A stretch of DNA of 63,806 nt, the filler included, from Chiloscyllium plagiosum (taxonomy: Eukaryota): assembly GCF_004010195.1 (NCBI RefSeq). It is 5 parts of one record of this genome, joined end to end, with 100 filler letters (N's around TTAATTAATTAA, not from the genome) between each part and the next. Parts side by side here need not be neighbours in the genome. Positions count along the whole stretch, not along the records: positions 1 to 27,250 come from NC_057714.1; 4 more parts are not named here. The stretch is one strand, 5' to 3'. Both the position numbers and the translations under genes were made by a program. Each line of letters starts with the position of its first letter. The first letter of the stretch is position 1. Shown here piece after piece: positions 12,757 to 24,828 of the stretch. The notes under the pieces were generated by a model. That model was not told where the DNA came from. It saw only the letters and a list, made by a program, of their open reading frames with translations, and did not search any database.

Positions 12757-12914
12757 CTTTTCTCCAGGATTTCGGGGTCTGTGATCCGGGTATTGGTCAT
12801 GTGTGTGTGAACCCCTCCTCGTCCATCCCAGTGAGGACCTGCTCCAGACCCTCCAGCCACTGTCTCATAATAACCCACTCGCTCATTACCAAAGGTAATG
12901 TTGTTCATGCAGCC
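12757..12914 (-). CDS. OPLAH: 5-oxoprolinase exon
   Basis: cccag/gtacag boundaries; [52 protein letters not shown] (hydantoinase B/oxoprolinase signature); 158 nt. Confidence 0.97.
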
Positions 12915-13600
12915 CTGGGAACAAGAAACAGGGAGAGTGGGACGGAGACAGAGACAGGCATTGGGAGGAAGAGAAGGAGATGGATGGAATGAGGTAACAA
13001 AGGAGAAAGGGAATGAAGCACATTGAGGGAAGAGAGAGGCATTACTTAGACAGACATGGGCTAGAGGTAGAATTGTTGATATACTGACCATGGAGAGGAA
13101 GCACTTTCTCCACAAGCCCTTTGACTCCTTTCTCCCTGAGAACTGTATCTATCTCTTTCTTGAAAACATTCTATACTTTGGCCTCAACCACAGACTCCCA
13201 CAGGCTCCCCACTCTCTGGGTGAAAACATTTTTCCTCATGGCAGTCCTACCCCTTAGACTGTGACCCAGGTTCTGGATGCCCCATTGGGAATATCCTTCC
13301 TGAGTTTACCCTGTCTTGTCCCGTTAGAATTTTACATTTTTCCATGAGTTTCCACCTCGTTCTCCTAAGGTTTAGAGACTGTGGCACTGGTGCCCTGGCT
13401 CTAAATGTTCCCCTTTGGCTTGTTTGCCCTCTGTCTCAGAATCCCATTAGCCCCCCATTCTAGCACAGGGACCTGTGTGTGAACCAGACCAAGGTGAGGC
13501 GATGGTCTCATTGCCTGCCTCACCCTGTGCAAGAGTCCTGAGAAAGCAGCTGTTTCTGCTCTGATGCAGTCAGCTCAAACACTCACTCCAACACACTCAC

Positions 13601-13750
13601 CTGTGAGGCTGCGCAAACCTCAAATGCTTTAAATATGACATCGACAACTCGCTGTGATGTCAGCACGTTACCGCCCACAACTGCAGCATCTGCCGATGGA
13701 TCGAGAATGGATCCCTTTGGGATGATGATCTTCACTGGAGCCAGGCAGCC
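13601..13750 (-). CDS. OPLAH: 5-oxoprolinase exon
   Basis: ggcag/gtgagt boundaries; [50 protein letters not shown]; 150 nt. Confidence 0.97.
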
Positions 13751-13834
13751 CTGCCATTGACAGCACAGGTCAACAAAGAGCACAGCTTCTACTGAGCAAC
13801 TAATCGCAGTCAGGGCAGTGACTCCCAATAACTC

Positions 13835-14940
13835 ACACCCCACACCCAGTAACTCAGTGACAGCTGGTAACCCCAGGTACACCCTTACGTGATACTCACT
13901 GTCATACTGTCGCCCCCACACTAACCCACACCCAATAACAGCCGGTAACCCCAGGTACACCCATACGTGATAATCACTGTCATACTGTAACCCCCACACT
14001 GTAACCCACACCCAGTAACAGCTGGTAACCCCAGGTACACCCATACCTGATGATCATCGTCATACTGTCGCCCCCACACTACCCCACACCCAATAACAGC
14101 CGGTAACCCCAGGTACACCCATACCTGATGATCATCGTCATACTGTAACCCCCACACTGTAACCCACACCCAGTAACAGCTGGTAACCCCAGGTACACCC
14201 ATACTTGATGATCACTGTCATACTGTAAGATTAGATTAGATTAGATTAGATTACTTACAGTGTGGAAACAGGCCCTTCGGCCCAACAAGTCCACACCGAC
14301 CCGCCGAAGAGCAACCCACCCAGACCCATTCCCCTACATTTACCCCTTCACCTAACACTATGGGCAATTTAGCATGGCCAATTCACCTGACCTGCACATT
14401 TTTGGACTGTGGGAGGAAACCGGAGCACCCGGAGGAAACCCACGCTGTGACATCATCCACACTCAGTAACAGCCAGTAACCCCAGGTACACCCATACCTG
14501 ATGATCATCGTCATACTGTAACCCACACCCAGTAACAGCCGGTAACCTCAGGTAAACCCATACCTGATGATCACTGTCATACTGTAACCCCCACACTGTA
14601 ACTCACACCCAGTAACAGCCGGTAGCCCCAGGTACACCCATACCTGATGATCATCGTCATACTGTAAACCCCACACTGTAACCCACACCCAGTAACAGCC
14701 GGTAACCCCAGGTACACCCATACGTGATGATCATCGTCATACTGTAAACCCCACACTGTAACCCACACCCAGTAACAGCCGGTAACCCCAGGTACACCCA
14801 TACGTGATGATCACTGTCATACTGTAACCCCCATACTAACCCACACCCACACCCGGTAACACCAGGTACACCCATACCTGATAATCACTGTCATACTGTA
14901 GCCACACTGTAACATTCAATCAGTAACACACTGTAACCCA
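13835..14940. repeat. About 80-bp minisatellite, interrupted by a SINE
   Basis: Unit gtaacagccggtaaccccaggtacacccatac...cacaccca; period 80 between 14692 and 14772. Confidence 0.9.
14228..14444 (-). mobile_element. HE1-like V-SINE, 5'-truncated
   Basis: (gatta)n tail plus reverse complement of the V-domain. Confidence 0.85.
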
Positions 14941-15523
14941 CAATCTATCACCCACAGCCAAAGCTGATGACCCACACCAGGTAGCTCACACCAAACCTGA
15001 TATCCCACACTCGGGAAACCACACTCACCCGTCTCCCTGATAATCCACACCAGGGTGCTCTCACCCAATCCCAGCAATTTATTCTGAGTCCTAAGAAACC
15101 ACAGCTCATAGCTTTACACCATCCCTGCCCTGGTCACTCCNNNNNNNNNNNNNNNNNNNNNNNNNNNNNNNNNNNNNNNNNNNNNNNNNNNNNNNNNNNN
15201 NNNNNNNNNNNNNNNNNNNNNNNNNNNNNNNNNNNNNNNNNNNNNNNNNNNNNNNNNNNNNNNNNNNNNNNNNNNNNNNNNNNNNNNNNNNNNNNNNNNN
15301 NNNNNNNNNNNNNNNNNNNNNNNNNNNNNNNNNNNNNNNNNNNNNNNNNNNNNNNNNNNNNNNNNNNNNNNNNNNNNNNNNNNNNNNNNNNNNNNNNNNN
15401 NNNNNNNNNNNNNNNNNNNNNNNNNNNNNNNNNNNNNNNNNNNNNNCTCCCCTCCCCCCCCACTCTGCTCACTTCCCTCCCCCCAACTCTGCTCACTCCC
15501 CTCTCATGTCCAGCTACACATAC

Positions 15524-15658
15524 CTGGTTGAGAGGTATGTCCTGTCCCACCATACACCTGAGGCAGTAGATGAGGGCAGAGAGGGTGATGGCGCGAGGGG
15601 CATTGCAATTCCCAAATACCTCATGTCCGGTGCCCGTAAAATCAAATACAGCAGTCCC
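15524..15658 (-). CDS. OPLAH: 5-oxoprolinase exon
   Basis: gacag/gtatgt boundaries; [45 protein letters not shown]; 135 nt. Confidence 0.96.
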
Positions 15659-15804
15659 CTGTCAGAGAGGGAGTTGAAGAGAAGGAGACAGCAAGAAATA
15701 ACAAATAACCTCAGAAGAAGTCAGACTGTTTGGCACACAGACTGCGGAAAGTCCTCAGGTTTCTTTCCAGTCTGAGCCGCAAGGGGGCAAGTCTCTGGAC
15801 TGTC

Positions 15805-15835
<31 letters not shown>

Positions 15836-16087
15836 TCAGTGTGAACATGTGAGAGAGAGATTGAGTGATAATCAGTGTGGACAAGGTGAATGAGCAAGCA
15901 GGTCTTTGTGTGAGTATGTGTGTGTATGCAGTCAGTGTGCAGTACGTGAAAGTTAGTGACAAGGTGAATAAATGTGTTGTTGTGTCCATGGGATATTTAT
16001 TTTTAAATACTTGCAGTGATTTAGCCTCGGAGGTCAAGAATTCCAAGTGTTCACTACCCTTTGGGAGAAGAAATTCCTTTGCATCCT

Positions 16088-16202
16088 TGATTTGGAGATG
16101 CCGGTGTTGGACTGGGGTGTACAAAGTTAAAAATCTACCACCTGATGAAGGAGCATCGCTCCGAAAGCTAGTGTGCTTCCAATTAAACCTGCTGGACTAT
16201 AA
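16088..16202 (+). mobile_element. Short Penelope-derived element (family B)
   Basis: 12-bp TSD cctttgcatcct (16076-16087, 16203-16214); shares ccggtgttggactggggtgtacaaagttaaaaatc with the 3281-3470 copy. Confidence 0.8.
16139..16173 (+). ncRNA. Minimal type I hammerhead ribozyme motif
   Basis: cac-CUGAUGA-A-[GGAGC auc GCUCC]-GAAAGCUA-gug: helix I cac/gug, 5-bp helix II, palindromic AGCU helix III, predicted cleavage after CUA. Confidence 0.75.
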
Positions 16203-17452
16203 CCTTTGCATCCTGGTTTTAACTGAGCATCCCCTTATTTTGTAAATATGCCCCTGAGTTTGAGAACCATTCCCCGCCTCCCCCTCCCCCCCCCCTCCCG
16301 CCACTAGTGGAAACATCTCTCAATCTCCCTCAGAATCTTGTACATTTCAATAAGATCATCCTCCCCCCCATTCTTCTAAACCCTATGAATAAAACCCTAA
16401 CCTGTTCAGCTGGTCTTGATAACTGAACCCCTTCACCCCAGGAATCAATGGAGTGAATCTCTTCGAATTGCCTCCAATGGCAGTAGATCCAAAGCTGTAC
16501 ACTGTGCTCCAAGTGCAGCCTGACCAATAACCTGTGCAGCTGTAACAAGACCTCCCTGTTTTTAAACTCCAAACCCCAAGCAACAAAGCCCAAGATTCAA
16601 TATCCCTTCTTAATTACTCTCTCCATTTCAAAGATGGTCTGCCTTTTGAGTCTTCCTACCAAAGTGCATATCACAAACAACATATCACAGATCGCCAGTC
16701 AGAAAAACACCCTTCCACTCACTGTCTTCTATGTCTGAGCCAGTTCTGTATCCATCAACAGTGGAAACAGATCCAGCCGAGCTTTCCAAAGGCAACTGGA
16801 AAAATACTTGGGATGGAAGAATGAGTTGGAACTGGGATGAAACAAATAGATTCTTTGGAATTTAGAAGAATTATATACAATTTTAATGAAACATATAAAA
16901 CTCTTCGGGGGGTTGACAGGGTAGATGTGGAAAGGCTGTTTCCCCATCAGCTGTCTAGGGCCAAAGAGCAGCATCTCAAAGTAAGGGACTACTTAGTCAA
17001 GACAGAGTTGAGGAGGAATTTCTTCTCTCCAAGTGAATCTGTGGAGTTCTTTACCGCACAGGGCTTGGGAGGCTGGATCACTAAGCATATTCAAGGCCGA
17101 GATAGATTGTTAGTTGGGAAGGGAATTAAAGGTTATAGGGAAAAGGCCGGAAAGTGAAGCTGAGGATTATCAGATCAGCCGTGATCACATTGAATGCTGG
17201 AGTAGATGCAATAGGCCAAAGGGGAGATGCAGACTCTCCCTTGTGGGACCAGAAGGCATCTTCTCAGAGTAAGGGGCCACTTTTGCCTCCACGACTAATG
17301 ATTTTGTAGATCTTTCAAAGGACCAGCATAGTTTTGACATGAAGGACAGTCTCCCCATAGCACTGACTGTCTGATTGCTCTTCAGGTCAAGGGCACGTAG
17401 TGACATTATCTCACAGGACAAACTGTAAACTGACAAGACAGACAGATCTCAC

Positions 17453-17599
17453 CTCTGCCTCACTGATTTTCACTTTCAGTCTGATTGGAGTGCCATCATC
17501 CATGTAGTCCTCAGCATGGACTTCCAGTTGCCCATCTCTCTGCTGACATCGATGGGCAAACTTCTTCAGCATCTCCTTCACAGCAACCTCTGCATTATT
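17453..17599 (-). CDS. OPLAH: 5-oxoprolinase exon
   Basis: gacag/gtgaga boundaries; NNAEVAVKEMLKKFAHRCQQRDGQLEVHAEDYMDDGTPIRLKVKISEAE; 147 nt; absent from the ORF track. Confidence 0.94.
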
Positions 17600-17689
17600 C
17601 TGTCGGATGAACAGATGGCCAATGAGTCAAAGTGTAAAGAAATGTTATTTCCTACAGCACAGATTATGGACCTTGGGACATTGGTCAGT

Positions 17690-17947
17690 ATTTTACAACC
17701 ACAGAGGCTGTTCTTTGTCATGTGTGGTAACAACTGTACCGCAGGTACAGTTGCCAAACTGTACACCACAAGATCCCAAAGCAGCAATTCAATGAAAAGC
17801 AGCTAATATTTTATTACATGAATATTGACTAGGACATTGGAAAGCCCTGTTTGTTATTGAAACACTAGCTGAGGGAACTTTCATATCCACCTGAGGCATG
17901 TGAGACCTCAGTTTAGCAACTCATCCAAGAGTTATTAACACTGCGTG
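17690..17947 (-). mobile_element. Deu-domain SINE (SacSINE1/AmnSINE1-like), degenerate
   Basis: tccacctgag...acctcagtttagcaactcatcc resembles the reverse complement of the Deu domain as recalled (ggatgagacgttaaaccgagg...ctcaggtgga). Confidence 0.5.
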
Positions 17948-18365
17948 CAGTGCTCCCTCAGTACTGACCTTCTGACAATGCAGCGCTCTCTCAGCACTGA
18001 CCATCTGATGGTGCAGCACTCCTTCAGCACTGTCCCTCCAACAGTGCGGCACTCCCTCAGCACTGACCCTCCAACAGTGCAGCGCTCCCTCAGCACTGAC
18101 GCTCCGACAGTGTGGGACTCCCTCAGCACTGACGCTCCGACAGTGCGGGACTCCCTCAGCACTGACGCTCCGACAGTGCCGACAGTGCGGGACTCCCTCA
18201 GCACTGACGCTCCGACAGTGCGGGACTCCCTCAGCACTGGCGCTCCAACAGTGCGGGACTCCCTCAGTACATACCCTCCAACAGTGCAGCACTCTCTCAG
18301 CACTGACCCTCCGACAGTACATCACTCCCTCAGTACAGACCCTTCGACAGTGCAGCACTCCCTCA
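17948..18365. repeat. About 33-bp minisatellite (cagtgcggcactccctcagcactgaccctccga)n
   Basis: About 12 tandem units; same unit at 47366-48062 and 51085-51488. Confidence 0.92.
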
Positions 18366-18634
18366 ACAGGGAGGTGGATATTAACCCTTGTGACTAAAGG
18401 GATCTAAGGATATGGGGCAGGGCGGAATTACAGTATTTAGGTTGATGATCAGTAAATGATTACTGGGGCTAGATCAGAATGTGGAGATAAGGTTATAATC
18501 TATAGTTTTATTGAATGGCGGAGCAGGCTTGAAGGGCAGAGTGGCCTACTCCTAATTTGTATGTACCCGTGTGCACAAACCAATTGCATCTCTGGGGCCC
18601 AACCTGCAAATGGCCAGGGTTGTTGAAGGCCTAC

Positions 18635-18819
18635 CTGAATGTGGTCCATGTAAGCTTGGACCACGTCCAACCCATACACATCGATCAGTTCATTGACCAG
18701 CTGGATCCCTTTCTGATTAGCTGCTACCTGTGCCCGCAGATCTGACAGATTGTCATGGAGATTGCGTGTCCCGCTGCTGCCTGGGATCTGAGCTGGGGCC
18801 ATGAGAGCCTCAGTAACAG
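18635..18819 (-). CDS. OPLAH: 5-oxoprolinase exon (5'-most OPLAH exon found in this window)
   Basis: ttgcag/gtaggc boundaries; [61 protein letters not shown]; 185 nt. Confidence 0.97.
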
Positions 18820-19013
18820 CTGCAAGAGACACAGGGTTCAATAAAGGCAAGCACAGGCAGGTTAGTGAAATGGGCAGCAATACGTGAACTGGTGTACTCC
18901 AGAACAAATTATAAGGAAACACTGCAAATGACAGATGGCACGGTTTTGCAAAATCGTATCAGTCACTTAGGTTTGTAAATGAATGAAGAACAAACATGAA
19001 GCAATGATCGCCG

Positions 19014-19749
19014 TGTTATGAAGTTGAAGACGTGTATTGTACCTTTAAGAGAGAATGAATGCCTTTCTGAACTTAGAAATTATAAGCAGGTGTATATGAC
19101 TAAATGGCAGTCTCAGAGTGTAATGGAAAAGTGAAAATATATAACATTTGGCTGTGAAATAGATACCTGAATTGGTTGCTGTTTTGACAATAATTCAAAG
19201 TTAACCAGTTTAAATTATACTAAAAACCAATCAAGTTTGAATTTATTGTTTTGCCAACATCGAACCAATGAGATGATCCAATGTTGGGGATATAAAAATG
19301 CAAGCACTTTGAAAATCAGAGAGAGAGAGCAACTGCCATCTCGAGAGAGCCAAGAAATTAGGAAACACTCTCTATCAAAGGGTCCTTTTCATATGAAACA
19401 TATTCACAGTAAAAAGAAAAAAGATGACCCAGGGAAATCTTCCGCCAGAAGAAAGACACTGAAGGCGACAGCTGCTGTGTGGTTTTGAAATTAAGTTGAT
19501 ATAATTTTAGTAAGCGTTTTATAGGAACAGCATATTTTTATAGAGTTGGAGGCAGGTAATAAATAGTTAAGAGAAAGGGGGATTAGAGTCGTGAATAGTT
19601 GTTGTTTAATGTTCACTTTTAGGTTAAAAAAATAAATTGATATGATTTTCTTTTAATAGAATTTGGGAGTTCTCCGTCAATTATATTTTATGAGGCGAGG
19701 TGAGTTTTTCTGGATGTTTGATTTAAGGGTTCACTGACCTGTTGCTACA
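19014..19749 (+). repeat. 5' LTR (TG...CA) followed by a degenerate tRNA-Pro-like primer-binding site
   Basis: Starts tgttatgaagttgaag like 26415; ends gctaca and is followed by tgggggattgggtcc, resembling TGGGGGCTCGTCC. The 3' boundary is inferred. Confidence 0.75.
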
Positions 19750-20203
19750 GTTTGGGGGATTGGGTCCATGATTTGGATTTATTTGGACAGGTTTAGACAG
19801 ATCCAGTCTGAGATTTGGACAGATTTGAACACATTTGGGGTACGAAAGGTCGCAGCAGATTTAAACACTTGCTGAATGGTGTTTTAGATCTTTAAATAAA
19901 ACTAGGTGAAAAAAAATTGTTTATTTTTGGTTACTTGTGATTGGTTAAATTAAAAGTGAGGGAAATAGCTCTTAAGATTGCTAAGGAGGTTCTGGGGTTT
20001 GAAGATGCTTACCAAATTTGCCAGGAAAGTTTGGAAAGACAGAAGAAGGCAATACTTTTAGAACTAGCAAATAGGTTAGAATTATGTTTAACCAGGGACA
20101 AAAGGAACACTGAAATTATAGTAGGGTTGGTCAGGCAAGGACGTGTAGCAGAGAAACAGATAAGTGAGGTAGAATTAAAAAGATTTAAATTGCAATTGAG
20201 ATA

Positions 20204-21005
20204 AATGCGAGGTGCTGCATTTTGGGAAAGCAAATCTTAGCAGGACTTATTCATTTAATGGTAAGGTCCTAGGGAGTGTTGCTGAACAAAGAGACCTTGG
20301 AGTGCAGGTTCATAGCTCCTTGAAAGTGGAGTCGCAGGTAGATAGGATAGTGAAGGAGGTGTTTGGTATGCTTTCCTTTATTGGTCAGAGTATTGAGTAC
20401 AGGAGCTGGGACATTATGTTGTGGCTGTACACGACATTGATTAGGCCACTGTTGGAATATTGTGTGCAATTCTGGTCTCCTTCCTATCGGAAAGATGTTG
20501 TGAAACTTGAAAGGGTTCAGGAAAGATCTACGAGGCTGTTGCCAGGGTTGGAGGATTTGAGCCACAGGGAGAGGGTGAACAGGCTGGGGCTGTTTTCCCT
20601 TGAGCGTCGGAGGCTGAGGGGTGACCTTATAGAGGTTTACAAAATTATGAGGGGCATGGATAGGGTAAATAGACAAAATCTTTTCTCTGGGGTGGGGAAG
20701 TCCAGAACTAGAGGGCATAGGTTTAGGGTGAGAGGGGAAAGATATAAAAGAGACCTAAGGGGCAACGTTTTCACACAGAGAGTGGTACGTGTATGGAATG
20801 AGCTGCCAGAGGATGTGGTGGAGGCTGGTACAATTGCAACATTTGAAAGGCATTTGGATGGGTATATGAATAGGAAGGGTTTGGAGGGATATGTGCCAGG
20901 TGCTGGCAGGTGGGACTAGATTGGGTTGGGATATCTGGTCGGCATGGACGGGTTGGACCGAAGGGTCTGTTTCCGTGTTGTACATCTCTATGACTCGATG
21001 ACTCA
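20204..21005 (+). mobile_element. CR1 LINE 3' fragment inserted in Gypsy gag
   Basis: ORF 20212..20919 is an uninterrupted CR1 ORF2 C-terminus; ends in a (tgactc)n-like tail. Confidence 0.92.
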
Positions 21006-21927
21006 AATGAAGTTAGAAGATAAAGAAACGGAAAGAAGAATCTTGTGAGAAGAAAGAGTAAGAGAAAGAGAGAGAGAAGAAAGAGAGAGAAGAAAAAAAG
21101 AGGGAAAAGAAAGGAAGAGAAGGTACTTGGCTGATCAAAGAAAGAGAGAAGAAACAGAAAGAGAAAGGGAGAGAGAATTTGAACTTCATAAGTCGTGAAT
21201 TAGTCAGGAAAGTCAAGTTAACAGGATGGAAATGAAGAGAGAAGGTAGTGATGTATACAAATATGTTAAAATATTGCCACCTTTTGATGAGAAAGATGTC
21301 AAAGCTTTCTTTATTTCATTTGAAAAATTGGCTAGGCAGATGGAGTGGCCAGAGAACTTGTAGGTAATGGTAGTTCAGACTAAGCTGGTGGCAGAGCTAG
21401 TGAGGTATTTATCGCGCTGTCAGATGAGGGGTCAAGAGATTATGCAGATGTCAAACAGGATATTTTGAGTGCTTATGAATTGGTACCAGAAGCTTATAGA
21501 CAGCGGTTCAGAAACATAAAGAAAGAATCAAGTCAGACTTACGTTGAATTTGAAAGAATTAAACATAGTAATTTTATAGATGGTGTGGGCCTTAAAAATA
21601 CATAAGACCAATGACGCTCGAAGAGAGATTATTCTGCTGGAGGAGTTTAAAAACTCACTTCCAGAAATGAGAAGAATTCATGTGGATGAACAGAAAGTTC
21701 AAGAAATGAGAAGAGTGGCTGAGATGGCAGATGAATATGTATTGGTGCCTAAGGCAAAGTTTAGCTTCCAGCAAGAATTTCATCCTATGGGGGATAGAAA
21801 TTGGGAGAAGGGGAGATCCTACACTACGAAATAAAGAGTAGAGCACACTGGTAATAGTTTACTACAGTTGAAAAATGAAGTCCAGGAGGGTGAGTTCATA
21901 GTGCTGGTCATTGGAGAAAGGCGCTTT

Positions 21928-22256
21928 GGGCGGCATGGTGGCACAGTGGTTAGCACTGTTGCCTCACAGCGCCAGAGACCCGGGTTCAATTCCCATCTCA
22001 GGTGACTAACTGTGTGGAGCTTGCACATTCTCCCCGTGCCTGCGTGGGTTTCCTCCGGGTGCTCCAGTTTCCTCCCACAGTCCAAAGATGTGCAGGTAAG
22101 GTGAATTGGCTATGCTAAATTGCCTGTAGTGTTAGGCAAGGGGTAAATGTAGGGGTCTGGGTGGGTTGCACTTCGGCGGTTTGGTGTGGACTTGTTGGGC
22201 TAAAGGGCCTGTTTCCACACTGTAATGTAATCTAATCTAATCTGTAATCTAATCTA
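21928..22256 (+). mobile_element. HE1-like V-SINE, full length, nested in Gypsy
   Basis: A and B boxes, V-domain, (taatc)n tail. Confidence 0.9.
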
Positions 22257-22719
22257 AAAAAGATATGGTAAAAGAGACTGACTCAGTGAGATTAGTGAAA
22301 GTTGTAAAGAACTTCTTTCCCTTCTCCCCCTGTTCTTCCTGAGTAAACATTATGCACAGAGACGAAGCCTTTATAGAGATCAGGCACTAATTCAATACCC
22401 AGCCTCTGCCTAGGCTTTGCATTCTTCTGCAGCTCCTTCACTTTTCTTGGGGTTTCCATAGAAGTTCCATCGAACTAGATGTAAGAGAACTAGAAAGAGA
22501 TTAACATGTTTGTACTCTTTCTGACATGTTACCCAAGAGAATGTAATTTGTAGAATAGATGGACAGAAATTTAGCATTCCCTTTTGTAAGAGGAGGTTGT
22601 AGTGCCAAATTAAGACTGGGGAAGTAACAGTGGGAGTGATTGACAGAGTGTCAGTTCCAGGAATTCAGTTTGTTCTTGGCAGGATCCAAGGTGGGTGTGG
22701 CACCCCTTGTTTTTGAGAA

Positions 22720-22918
22720 CTGAAAATGTGTTGCTGGAAAAGCGCAGCAGGTCAGGCAGCATCCAAAGAGCAGGAGAATCGGGCATGAGCCCTTCCTGAA
22801 GAAGGGCTCATGCCCGAAATGTCGATTGTCCTGTTCCTTGGATGCTGCCTGACCTGCTGCGCTTTTCCAGCAACACATTTTCAGCTCTGATCTCCAGCAT
22901 CTGCAGTCCTCACTTTCT
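22720..22918 (+). mobile_element. Fold-back Penelope-derived element (family A), nested in Gypsy
   Basis: TSD ccttgtttt(t)gagaa (22705-22719, 22919-22932); inverted arms; core ctgaaga-a-gggctcatgccc-gaaatgtc. Confidence 0.85.
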
Positions 22919-24828
22919 CCTTGTTTTGAGAAGCCAAAGGAAGACCAGGGAACTGTGGAGTTAAAAGAAAAATACCCTGGAAATTTTCCAGACTGTGTCG
23001 TAACAAGATCCCACTATCATAAGTCACAGTAAGAAGCAAAAACTAAAGAGAAAGACGAAAGAGTTGAGGTTCAGTTAGCGGACACCCTGTTTGATGTAAT
23101 GGTGCAAGAGAAACCTGAACAGGCAGAGGGTCAGACAGAAGTGTTTAGTCCTGAAAAGCTAATTGACTTACAACAAAAAGATGAGACAATAAAAGATATA
23201 TATAGATGCATACTCAGAAAAGGAATCAGAATGTATTCCTAAGGGTTATTATCTTAAAGACAGAATCCCAAGATGAAAATGGAGACTACGGCAGGTTCGT
23301 GCAGAGGAGAAATGGACAGAAGTGCACCAGATTGTGTTGCCGGTTGCATACAGTCAGAAGTGGTACAGGTAGCACATGAATTATTTATAGGAGGTAACCT
23401 AGGTGTAAAGAAGATACAGGCTGAAGTACAAAAGCATTTCTATTGGCCTGGACTGCACAAGGATGCGGTTAAATTTTGTCATACATGCCAAATGGTAGGT
23501 AAGCCACAGGCGGTAATAAAACCAGCACCTTTGTTGCCGATTCCCACATTCGAAGACGTGGGTTATAATTGACTGTGTAGGTCCCCTCCCTAAAGCTTAA
23601 AATTGGGAACCAATACTTGCTAACCATAATGGACCTGTCTACCAGATTCCCAGAGGCAATTCCATTACAGAGTATTAAGGCAAAAAGGGTGGTAGAGGAG
23701 TTAGTAGCTTTCTTCACACGGTATGGGCTAACCAGAGAGATTCAGTCAGACCAAGGGTCTAATTTTACTGCTAGACTGTTTAAGGAAGTTATGGATAGCT
23801 TAGGCATACAGCACTTTAAATCAAGTGCGTGCCATCCTGAATTGCAGGGAGCTTTAGAAAGGTGGCATCAGATCCTGAAGACTGTTAAGAGTGTACTGTC
23901 AGGATTACCAAAATGATTGGGATAAAGGTATCCTATTCATACTGTTTGCCATTAGGGATGCTGCAAATGAATTGAGTTAATATTTGGACATGAAGTGAGA
24001 CGGCCTTTGAAATTAATAAAAGATAAATTGAGAGGACTATCACACTTTGATTCTGTATCGGAGGTGAAGGAGAGATTAAATCAGGTAGGTGAGTGAGCTA
24101 GACAGCACCTGAAGAGGGCACAGCATTGAATGAAGTAGGTAGCAGATTAAAAACTCTAAAATTCGGACATTTTCCCTTGGTGATGATGTATTAGTATTGT
24201 TACCAGTGGCAGGAGATCCCTTCAAAGCCAAGTTTAGTGGTCCCTATCAAATTGAGAAAAAATTAAGTCAGTTAAACTATCTGGTAGAGATGCTGGATCA
24301 AAAAAATGCTATCGCGTATGTCCTGTGAATATGTTGATTATAATAGAGACAGGGAACTGGAGAAACACTCTGCCCCGCAGAGTGAGGAATCAAATCCAGA
24401 TGGTCTGGAGTTTGATGTGCCTCAAAGTATGTTAAATAATAAGGAAGTCCTTGAGGACTGGGATAGGTTAGTGAACTATCCGTCTCAGGAGCAAAGAATC
24501 CAGTTGAAAGGTTTATTCCAGGAGTAGAAGGCCATATACAGGAATAAAATGGGGAGAACTAATACTTTTGTGCAATGAGGTGGAAGTAGGGAATGCAGTT
24601 CTGATAAAACAACACCCCTACAGACTTAATCCTCTCAAAGCCACACAGGTCCAGAAGGAAGTGGATGTAATGCTCAATGGAGATTTTATCGAACCAAGTC
24701 AGAGTGGGTGGAGTTCGCTGATCGTGTTAGTTCCCAAACCTAACAGGAGTCAACGATGTTGTGTGGACTATCGGAAGGTCAACGCCATAACTAAATCAGA
24801 CTCATACCCAATACCAAGATTGGAAGAC

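Noticed and set aside
13835..14940. ctgatga in the 80-bp unit as a hammerhead core or snoRNA C box
   Set aside because: No helix II followed by GAAA, and no D box with a terminal stem in register.
20212..20919. 235-aa open ORF as a host gene
   Set aside because: It is the CR1 ORF2 C-terminus in a 5'-truncated insertion.
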